A DNA stretch of 64,000 nt from Octopus vulgaris (lineage: Eukaryota), in NCBI GenBank assembly GCA_951406725.2, contig OX597816.1, forward strand, positions 51,150,001 through 51,214,000, in the 5' to 3' direction. A program made the translations under genes and the position numbers. The notes beneath the pieces were generated by a model, which was not told where the DNA came from, made no database searches, and saw only the letters and a program-made list of their open reading frames with translations. Within the stretch, counting starts at the first letter, position 1, and every line of letters starts with the position of its first letter. Positions 25,700 to 36,527 of the stretch are shown in pieces.

Positions 25700-26990
25700 T
25701 ATCATACAGTATTCTTATGTTTATCACGTGCTTTCTCCGCATACTGAGCGCAGCTCTGTGTGCCTTGGGTGTGTGTTGTGTTTTGTTATGATGCTTTTAT
25801 TATTACTGTATTGAAAGTGTTCTACATAGGATGTGTATGTTGCCTAGTAGTGCTATTCTGTATATTATATATATATTTGTTAGTCCTGGTGTTTTTGCTA
25901 TGTATTTGTCCGAATATTTATCATACGTAATGCGCCTATTATGATAGGAATTGTTTGTCTTTAAACTCCACATTCGAGTTAAGTCTACTGTATTTGTATT
26001 TTGAAAGGTTCTCCATTTCTTTTAGAGAAACGTTGTCATCTGTTGGTATTGATGCATCGAATTAGAACGTATTTTGTTCTTGATGATCTCTGACAACTAT
26101 ATCCCGCATATTGCTCTATCTGTGTATATTGGCATAACCCATATTATTAATGCGTTCTCATTTTCATTGACCTTTCCTGGCGTGTATATATATCATCTTC
26201 TTTTGTTGATATTCCATAGAGCTGGCATAGCTTCAAGTGTATATAGGTTCCAACTCTGTCGTGGATGTGAATATATCCATTCTCAGCCAGGACTGGGCAA
26301 CAAGAGACAATATAGTTTATTGTTTCTTGTCCATTTCCACATATTCTGCAGTTACTTCTTATGTTTCTTTTCATTACATGCTTTTGGTAATTTGTGTTGG
26401 GGAGGTTTTGGTCTTGATCTGCAATTAAAAATCCTTCAGTCTCAGCTATGAGCCCTGAGATTCTCAGCCAGTGTTGGGATTTTACTTTCTCTATTTCTTT
26501 TGCGTTCAGTTAAGCCACGAAGGGGCTTTTCTTCCATCGTTTTATCATGATCTATTGTGGCTCCAGTATTAGTTTGGATTTTAATTTTTTTACCGTTTTT
26601 GTTGTTTCTTTTTTTCTTAATAGCTGTTAGGTACTATGACTTCTTTTCTGTTTGTGTCAACTTAAAAACGAAAAACAGTTTTTTCTTTCGTTTTCTTCGT
26701 GATTTGTGGCTATTTGTATTAGTTTTCCTTGCTTCTGAAGCAGGTATTTCTCTAGTCCTATGTTGGTTATTTTGTAATAGTTTTTCAGTTGTATAAAGCC
26801 TCTACCGCCTTCTATACGTTATATATATAACCATTCTATGTCAGATTTTGAATTGTGCACCCTAAATCCTGTCAATATTTTTATTGTTTTCCTGTCTATT
26901 TTGATTAGTTCATTTAGTGTCCTGTTAAGAATAGTGTAGATGTAACTCATAACTGGGGCGGCTGCAGTGTTGATAACTATTATCTTGTTA
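25700..26990 (-). mobile_element. R4/Dong-clade LINE, C-terminal part (post-RT, CCHC finger, RLE)
   Basis: KIDRKT...HNSKSDIE, CRICGNGQETINYIVSCCPVLAENGYIHIHDRVGTYIHLKLCQLYGI, DASIPTDDNVSLKEME, KTPGLTNIYNIQ. Confidence 0.85.
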
Positions 26991-27319
26991 GAATTTTCAC
27001 AGTTAGAATTTTCTTCTGGTCGTTTAGCCCTTCCCGCTCACAAGGTCCCTGAATAAGGATTGTTTGAACGAACCACCCATGTCTCCAAAGGTGAATTATC
27101 CAAACCTCTAAGAATTCCTTTCAACACACGGCTATGATTCTTCCCTACTACTTCATCTCATGATCAGAGATGCACATATTGTCAGCCACTAAGGGACATG
27201 GTCAACTGGTTAAGGTCAAGCAACTGACAAGCAAATCTATGGTGCTGAGTAGAATATTTGCTGTAGCCCATCTTTTATACCAACACAAAACAATGTACAT
27301 GATAATACTTCCAATCCAT

Positions 27320-27600
27320 TATTATTTTTTTTCTTCTTTCTTCAAATATTCTTCCGTTTCTCGGCGAGGGTTTTCCGTACACCAAGGGCAGAGAAGTTCA
27401 TTGTATGCATTCCCAGATTACACGCGCAAATCCACAGGTAAAATATGTATTAAAAAATTTATAAATAAATTTGTGAATGGGTGTTGTTTCCACAGCGATA
27501 ATGCTCTTCTCAGTACATGAGCCGTTCCAGTTAATACCTTTTTTGCACTTCTTCTAGGGATGGTACGCCTGGTATCATTTTCAAATAGGTTTCAGTACCT
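27320..27600 (-). mobile_element. R4/Dong-clade LINE extreme 3' end (third subfamily)
   Basis: Minus strand YLKMIPGVPSLEEVQK.VLTGTAHVLRRALSL, abutting (ATT)n at 27600-27735. Confidence 0.7.
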
Positions 27601-27612
27601 TATTATTATTAC

Positions 27613-27736
<124 letters not shown>

Positions 27737-28987
27737 AATGCAGTGTGCATGTAGCATCGTTAACACACTGGTCTAAGTGTTTAGCAGTATCTTGGCCGTC
27801 TTTAATTTTTGAATATGCCACAGAGTTCGAATGTGCCTTTCAGCCAGTTGAGCAATGGATACCAATAAATCGACTACTGCCCACTCACAAAAAAATCAGT
27901 GTTTATGCTTTCAGTAGAAAGGACTATTGAATTTTATTTTTGTTTTTACTATATGATTTCCCTAAAGAAATGAACGATTTTCCACTCGTTTCATATTGAT
28001 TTTTGCCAAGGTTTTTGAATGAAAAATTATGATTAGCCTATTTTGAAATAGAGAATCGAAAGAATGAAATAATGCTTTACCAATGCTGGGTGAAAAGGTT
28101 GACTTTTGCACAAAAATTGTGCCAGCTACGCAACTGGATTGTAGTCTCCCTTTTTTTTATTCTCTTTGGTTGAAGTGAATTTTTCAGTCGTATTACTGAA
28201 ATTATGATGAAAGGCATAACTCCTCTATTTAACGTGGTTGTTTTCGTGAATAACGCTAGAATATTTAGTAGTGTCTGTCTGGTATTCTAAGATTAAAATC
28301 TTGCAGTGGTGGCATAAATCTTTTGGATACCATACGCTTGCTCATATGTGTATAATGTAATATATACTAGCTAGATACAAATGTGAAGTTTCAAAAAGTA
28401 CTTGTTATGCTTGTGCTATTTACAAACGTTTTGAAGGACTAGTGAGATGAGGAAATATAGATGCTACGAGAGTGGTTGAAAACCTTGCCTCACTCACACC
28501 ACTAAGGCCATCACACTGAAATTCATTATCTGAACACCACAAAGAGTGGCACCTTATCGTCAACACTTTTGTGGGCAAGTGCAATATGCAGCAGTGAAAA
28601 GTGTCGCAGTCAGCAGTAATCTGGAAAATGAAAGAATTTCTCATCAAGAAAAAGAGTTTATTTCCACTAAATAGAATTTGTGTCAGAAGAAATGTTTTAT
28701 CCGACTGCTCGAAGCCCACATGTATTATAGAGACATGCGACTGTGTTATTAAGAAATGGGAACTACAAATATTACACATATGTTTGTTTAAGTCTTGGTA
28801 TGGAAAGTGATCAACCTTATACCAATAAGCTTTCAGTTCAAATTCAGAGCAACCGTTATTTCAAAAATATTATTTCATTCAGGCGAAGCGAATCGTACAG
28901 AGCAGAGAGCACGTTTAACAAAAATTACAAATTCTTTCTATTTTTCTTTCTTTCTTTCTTTATTTATTTATTTATTCTTTATTTATT

Positions 28988-29022
<35 letters not shown>

Positions 29023-29365
29023 CACGGACACACCAACTGACATATGTATTGACACGCTCATGCACATCATCTTTTTCATTTCGGTATATCGTGCCCGAAG
29101 AAGGTTTTTTCTACGACATCGTAGCATTTGATTCTTTATAAATGGAGAGGTATTATTCGAGGAGCTAGCGAACACTCCATATAGCTGAAAACTCATCAAA
29201 ATATGGAACATAATTGCGCCTTTCTGTATTGAAAATAAATGAAGTAGAAAAAACTGTAGTTATATTAAGACTTGGTTGCTATTAATTTGTATGATAAGTG
29301 CCCCGCCACTGAAATGTTCATTCAACGTTTGCGAACACTTCGAAACCCAAGACTACCGCCACATA

Positions 29366-30641
29366 TCAGGCTGAGTAAAAAGTAAGCAACATTTTGAACC
29401 ATGAAGAATTAGTACGGAATTTTTGCAGTGTTTTGAATTGTTTAAACAGCTTTTGCCAGTTGCCTGATAATAGAGAAAGAGATTTGCACAAATGCATCAA
29501 TAAATTAATGCTGACATTAATTCTGACATTCTCCATTCTTACAATCACTTTAAATAAAACTGTGAAAGCGAAATATTCGCACAATTTTGTAATTCAACGT
29601 AAAGCAGCTGACGACATAATGCAGCTGAAACTTTTCGTGATATCAACGAAATGTTTGGTGAGGAAATGACCAGTAAGTGGTCAGCTGGAAAATGGTTTAA
29701 ACGACTTCGCAGTGGAGAGCTGGGCCTTGAGGTTCGTGAGCGTGGTGGACTCCCATCTGTCATCGATGACGGTCAATTAAAGACAGTCATTCAGAGAGAT
29801 CCAAATAAAATCACACGAGAGCTGGCAAAAGAATTTGAAGTTAGCCAGAAAACTGCCAGCAACCATTTGCATGCGACCATAAAATCACAAAGGCTCGACA
29901 AATGCTTACCAATGGAGATGAATGGAAATCAGAAAATCTACAGATATAAATTTTGCTTCAGGCTGATCCATTTCTCGACGGTATTATAACATGCGATGAA
30001 AAGTGGATTTTGTACAATAATAAAATAAACGTTCTTCGCAGTGGCTGGACCAAAATGAAACACCAAAAACCTTCCCTAAACCCCAGCTCTTCAAACAGAA
30101 GGTTATGATGACGGTATGATGGTGTACAGCTGGACTCATCCACTATAACTTCTTAAAACCCGGAAAAACCATAACTGCAGAATCATATTGCCGTGAAATT
30201 GTCAAAATGAACGAAAACCTGCTACTCCTCCTTACCAGACTAGTCAACAGAAGAAGACGAACAATGCTTCATGACAATGCTCGACCACACATTTCGCTAT
30301 TGACGCTCCAGATGTCGAGGGAACTTAGCTACGAAGTTCCTCCCCACCTAACATATTCCCCAGACCTTCCTTCTACCGAATATCACTTTCTGGGGGATCT
30401 TGATGGTTTCCTGCGAGAGAAGGAGTTCAAAAACAAACCGATACTGAAAGTTTATTCAATGAGTTCATCAACTCCAGAACTCCAGAGTTTTATGTTACCA
30501 GAATATACAACCTTGTAACTCGATGGCAAAAATGTGTTGCTTGTAATGGTACTTACTTCGATGAATAAAATTTCCGCATCATTGAATATAGTGTAATGTA
30601 TTTCATATTTCTAAACGTTGCTTACTTTTTACTCAGCCTGA
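29366..30641 (+). mobile_element. Full-length mariner transposon (cecropia/Hsmar1-like), decayed transposase
   Basis: TIRs TCAGGCTGAGTAAAAAGTAAGCAAC / GTTGCTTACTTTTTACTCAGCCTGA. Motifs WFKRLRSG, IITCDEKWILYNN, LHDNARPH and YSPDLPSTEYHFL lie in broken frames. Confidence 0.95.
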
Positions 30642-31101
30642 TGTAATAAAATCAACATGTATACTACTCTATACGACTTACGTGCATTAAAATTTATATT
30701 TTTTCCATGCTCAATAATATTTAAGTTACACCATACATATATACATACACATATGCGTCTGTGCACGCATATATATTTATGAACATATGTGTCTCTGTGT
30801 GTATGCGCTTGTGTGTGTGTGGGTTGTGTAAGTCGGTAGGTAGCGATTTGACTCTACGTGGATTAAATTCAAAACGGAAGGTGGAGTGTTTGTCGAGATA
30901 TTTTCATAAACATGTATTGACTATCTGCCGTCTTTATTCAGTAGCTTCAATTTACCCTGAAGCTGTACAAGTACTGAAGCCATCCGTGTGTGCTTTATAT
31001 CTTATTTATTTGCGAAAGTGAAATTTATTTTCTTTAAACGAATTTTCTAATTTCTTGTAAAGTCTTGTCCGAGTCGTGAATTATATAAATACTTCAAAAT
31101 T

Positions 31102-31270
31102 TTACTACTACTACTACTACTATTACCACCATCACCACCATTACCACCACCATCACCACCACCAACACTACTAATACTACTGCTACTGCTACTACTACTT
31201 CACGCCATCCAATCGCCAGCCCACCATCAACAGCAGCATCACCACCATTACTGCTTATAATACTACTATT
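31102..31270. repeat. (ACT)n/(ACC)n trinucleotide low-complexity tract
   Basis: Directly visible. Confidence 0.85.
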
Positions 31271-32002
31271 CCGCCCCACCATTTCTTCTAGTCCTGTTTC
31301 TGTTGCAATGCTATCTTTGCTTGTGTTGATGTTAATGCAGTGCTCTATTTACTTTATCTATCGCTATTTAATCATATGATTCGCCAGTGTGTTGACGATA
31401 AAAATGTAGTCAGTGTTATTTTATTTATCATTGATGTGCATTCTTATTTGTTCTTCTATTTTAGGCTCAACGCAGTCTCTTCTTTAAATAGATATTTTTA
31501 TTTTTTGTGGTGCACTACTTCAGTCATCCAAATATGTTCACTTCAGCAACCGGGTGCTATGGTGTTAGTTATATCTATAAAATTTTTGGCTCAAAATATA
31601 TTATTTGTTATTTACACTTCTAAAATAAGAATATTTAAATTAAAGTAAAACAAATCTCTCGTAAAAGTAACATTACGCAATCATTCAATTCGAAATTCAA
31701 GTATTGACACTTACTGAATCCAGAATTTGCATCCATTAAGCGTACTTTGCCTTACGGTTCTGTCTTCTCTTTTCAAATCTCTTACAAAATCAATTATTTA
31801 AATTTTCGGCCAAATAAATGCAACGAACAAGCGTTTCAGTGTTCACACTTACTGTAAAGAAATTAAAGCTGAGTAATCATTTCTTTCACTTGAGTCTGTG
31901 ACCTTATAGCCTTTGTCAGGCTCAAAAAATATAGCTATGATTGATATGTACCCGTGAGGTCACAGTAGATTAAGCGATGACATATATGGGATGAAATGGG
32001 TT

Positions 32003-32735
32003 CCGTGGCTATGTGATAAGAAGATCGCTTCGAAGCCACATGGTTCTGGCGTCAGTCTCACTGAGTGTCACATTGGGCAAGTGTCTTTTACTATAGCTTG
32101 GTTTTGGCCAAAACCTTGTGAGTGGATTTGCTAGATGGAAATTGTAAGAAACCCGAAAAGAATATATTTTTATAAATTTACATTGTATGTATATAGGCAT
32201 GTGTGGAGGTGCAATGGCCCAGTGGTTAGGCCAGCGGACACGCGGTCGGAGGATCGCGGTTTCGATTCCCAGATCGGACGCTGTGTGTGTTTATTGACCG
32301 AAAACACCTAAAAGCTCCACCAGGCTCCTGCAAGAGGTGGTGGAGACCCCTGTTGTACTCTTTTGCCAAAACTTTCTCTCACTCTCTCTTCCTGTTTCTT
32401 GAGTAATACTGCGATGGACTGGCGTCCCGTTCAGCTGGGGGAAACACATACGCCACAGAAACAGGGAAACCGGGCCCATGAGCTTGGCTAGGCTTGAAAA
32501 GGAAGACGTTTATCATTATATATGCATGTATTTTTATGCGGCTCTGTTTTCCCCCCCAACACGACCATCGCTTTGACAACCGATGTTGGTGTGTTTAGGT
32601 CGCTGTTCGGCAAAATGTACGAGAGAATAAATAACAGGCTTACAAAGATTAAGGTTCACTTCTTCGACTAGAAACCATTTACGGTGGTGCTCCAGTATGG
32701 ACTCAGTCAAATTAATAGTAAAACAAGTAAAAGAA
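32003..32735 (+). mobile_element. SINE family B interrupted by a family C SINE
   Basis: B head and body at 32003-32160, B tail (CCATCGCTTTGACAACCGATG...GGTGCTCCAGTATGG) at 32540-32735. Confidence 0.7.
32201..32505 (+). mobile_element. tRNA-derived SINE, family C
   Basis: A box TGGCCCAGTGG, B box GGTTTCGATTCC; 3' part homologous to 54478-54690 on the minus strand. Confidence 0.8.
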
Positions 32736-32952
32736 TAAAATAATATACATAATACATAGCCAGATTCCCTGAAGTATTTTGATTTGAGACAAAAAGTATT
32801 GAATTTTCCTGAATCAGCGGCTTCAACGCAACGCTAAACTGAAATTGAAAATAAAAAAAAACAGATATATACCGATACACACACACACACATGCACGGAC
32901 GCACACACACACACACACACACTCACACACATACACGAAAGCACGGACGCAC

Positions 32953-32998
<46 letters not shown>

Positions 32999-33116
32999 AT
33001 CTTTTGTGTGTGTGCGCGCATGTATATATGTATGAATATGTGTAAGTATATGTATATATACATATATGTGTATGTGTGTGTACGTGTATTTATATATGAA
33101 TGTATATATATATGAC

Positions 33117-33184
<68 letters not shown>

Positions 33185-33715
33185 AAGAGTGCTTATAATT
33201 TTGAATAACTCATCACATTTGTGATGGAGAAGGTTGCAAAAAAACTTACATGTTTAGAAATAGCAGTAAATAACACCACTATTATCACTCGAAATGACAT
33301 ATAAAATCCACCATTTAAAACTAAAAGGTTAATTCATTATTGCAATTTCGAAATTAGGAACCTATTATACCATATATCTCGTATCTTAAAGAAACGAATT
33401 TAAGCGATATAACAGTCCCATTTCTTTAATCAGGAGAGTATTCCTTTAGATACAAAGTGATACAAAATCAAACCATGTGTTTATTATATGTATTCCGACC
33501 GGCAAGAAGAATGTGTCAACCTGTATTTACACCTTCAAATTCTGAATTCCAAGATCATGCATAGCGTTTATGAGAAAAGACCGCTAAATCTAGCCACAGC
33601 AAAATACCGGATATGAGTGAGGAATTAAAACTTTGTGTATGTGTGTGTATTTGAGTCTGTGTGTGTGCATGTGTGTGTCTGTGTGTGTGTGTGAGTGTGT
33701 GTGTGTGTGTGTGAT

Positions 33716-34394
33716 CTAACTAGGGATCAGCTTTACGCCTCAACACGTACTGTAAGATATAGACGATAAAGTCCCTATTACCACCTTCAAATCTCTGAGA
33801 ATAACATACTATATTGTAGGAAAGCAAAAGAAATATAATGGATCAACAAGGTTCGGTTAACCGTGTAAAAGATCGTGTTTCAGGCTTAAAGTAAAAATAT
33901 TTTTCACACCAACAGTATTCCATACCATAAATTTACGAGCAATTCAAAATATGCATGAGTTCGGTGACATCGTATGATCAATATCCCTCTACACTCGTAA
34001 AATGTACTGCCAAGTAGAATTCACATCTTTCTTTTTATACCCAAAATGAAAGATGTGAGTTCTACTTCGCAGTATATTTTACGACTGTATATGGACATTG
34101 GTCATACGATATGTGCAAGAACCCACGTATTTCTTTATAGGCCTAGTATTTATTCCATCATTATCTTTTGCCGAACAGTTAAGTTATGGGGGGGGGGCAC
34201 AAAAACACATTGACATCATTGACAAGCGACAGGGTGGGTAGAATCTTAGACATACAAACATTTATATATACACATACATACATATATACATATATAGATA
34301 TATATATATATCTCGGAGATTGTAAGGTGGTAATAGGGGTTTTATCGTCTATATCTTGCATTGCGTGGTTAGGCGTAAAGCCAATACCTAGTTA
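33716..34394. repeat. About 85-bp inverted repeat pair (33716-33800 / 34311-34394)
   Basis: GCTTTACGCCT...AAGATATAGACGATAAA..CCCTATTACCACCTT..AATCTC.GAGA occurs on opposite strands. Confidence 0.85.
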
Positions 34395-34418
34395 TATATA
34401 TATATATATATATAGTGA

Positions 34419-34489
34419 TGCGTCGGCCGGGAGTCGGACCCCGATAGCTGCTTGGAAGGCAACCATGCTAAAGGTTACACCACCGACGC
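34419..34489 (-). pseudogene. tRNA-Gly(TCC) pseudogene
   Basis: Minus strand GCGTCGGTGGTGTAACCTTTAGCATGGTTGCCTTCCAAGCAGCTATCGGGGTCCGACTCCCGGCCGACGCA. The acceptor stem GCGTCGG/CCGACGC and the TCC anticodon arm are intact; the D-loop GG and T-loop TTC are mutated. Confidence 0.85.
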
Positions 34490-35464
34490 CTCATTGATAG
34501 ATAGATATAGATATGAATTAATATAAGCAACTCGGCGGAGTCTGTAACTAATAGGCGAAACCGGTCCAGTAATCCTTACTTTTGCTTATGGGGCAGTTAT
34601 CTCCCCTGTCCACGTATATTAATTGTGTTCTTCATGCAACCTTACAGGTTTAACTTTCATTTCTTCATAAATACGTGCTATTTTGCACCCTCATGCACAA
34701 GTATTGAATGTCTATATCATTCTATCACTCTATCTATCTCTTTATAAATTTACTTATACATGCATGTACATAGTTGTATGAATGTGTATACGACCGTGTG
34801 AGTCTTTGTAATAAGAGCGAACTCTTAAATACCGCGTTATGCCAATGATTTCCAAATATTTTAACTTCCGATCTATCACTAAAATACCCGAGAACTCGTA
34901 TGAACTCCTTTTCAACAAACCAATTCGTTTCAGTTGTAAGTACGTGCACTCGACATGTATTTAATGGGCTTAGATAATACAATGAGGATATCTAAATATC
35001 GTTTTCTGCGTTATTTTGATGAATGCTATGTAACTGATAAGTTTACATTTTTGATACAAAGGAAAAGTTATCAGTTTGTACACTTTGAAATGTTTTCTAC
35101 TGAATTGGTGTATAGGAGATTATTCTATAACAAAAACAAGCAGATCAGATTAAATACTTTGTAGTATAATGCTATATTGATTTGAGCTTTCAACTAAACA
35201 TAATTCTCCAATACAGCTGTACATTCATTACACACGGAAAATATAATACCGATTTTTCACTAACTTAAGTAGAAATGAACGAAATGCTCACACGTTGTTG
35301 TGTGTGACCTACTAGATAGAGTGTCTGCATCCTGCGCATAGGGTTGTTCTTTCGAGTCCTTTAACGGGTTACGCATTAAAACTTGAGCAAGGCACTTTCT
35401 TTCCCAATATATTAAGTATAAGCTACTCGTTTTTTATCTAATATCTTATACATGTATATAAGGG

Positions 35465-35525
35465 CACACGATGCTGTGTAGCAAGACGCTTGCTTCTCAA
35501 CCACATAGCAACTTGGGAAATTGTC

Positions 35526-35556
<31 letters not shown>

Positions 35557-35787
35557 GGGAGGTGTATTTATGTATATGTTTCTACCCTCCATCGCTTGTC
35601 CATCATGTTAGCGTGTTTTTGTTTCTCCCATAGCTTAGCGGTTCGGCGAAAGATCGATAGAATAAATACTAGGCTTACGAAGAAATGCCTGGGTTCGTGC
35701 AAGAAAGTCCTGGTGTTGATTTCTTCGGCTAAAACCGTTCAAGGATGTGCTCCAGTATGGCTGTAGTCAAATGACTGAAACAAGTAT
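35465..35787 (+). mobile_element. SINE family B (internally deleted)
   Basis: Head remnant CTTGCTTCTCAACCACATAG and tail CCATCGCTTG...TTAGCGGTTCGGC...GCTCCAGTATGG. Confidence 0.6.
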
Positions 35788-36294
35788 AATCATTAGGGAA
35801 TGCCATTTGTAAAGTAGATATTGCGTCCACAGTTGAAGATACTTTTAATAGCTACATTTGAGGTAGTTTGTGCTGTGACTGGGTGTGATGTGCACACCAA
35901 AATTTGAAATTTCACAAAACATCAGTTATACCAAATGTTATATTAAACAAATTAGGAAATCATTTGCTGTAGAGTCTACCCACCATATGGAATGGAGATC
36001 AAAGCTAATCTACAAAGAATATCTAAAAATGAGAAACTGCATTCACTCTATCAGAAACACCATCACATCTTCAATATATTTACTGTCAAATTTTACTCTC
36101 TGTAATTCCAAACGTTTCTGATATTGTCGAATACTGCATCCTTCCTAGAATAATACATGCTTTAAAACACTGCCCTAATTCGAAGATTGATATGGTTTTA
36201 CATGATCCAAAAATAATAGTAGTAATCCAACAGTAATTTAGAATATTATTAATCGATCTGCCTTTAAATTTTATAAATATATAATATAAGTATT

Positions 36295-36527
36295 TATTTC
36301 TGTATTGCCCACAAGGGGCTTCACACAGAGGGGACAAAAAAGGACAGATAAAGGGATTAAGTCGATTACATCGACCCCAGTATGCAACTGGTACTTAATT
36401 TATCGACTCCGAAAGGATGAAAGGCAAAGTCGACCTCGGCGGAATATGAACTCAGAGCGTAATGGCAGACGAAATACTGCTAAGCATTTTTCCCGGTGTG
36501 CTAACGTTTCTGCCAGCTAGGCACCTT
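36295..36527 (-). mobile_element. SINE family A (monomer)
   Basis: CCCACAAGGGGC...GAAAGGATGAAAGGCAAAGTCGACCTCGGCGG...GCTAACGTTTCTGCCAG. Confidence 0.85.
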
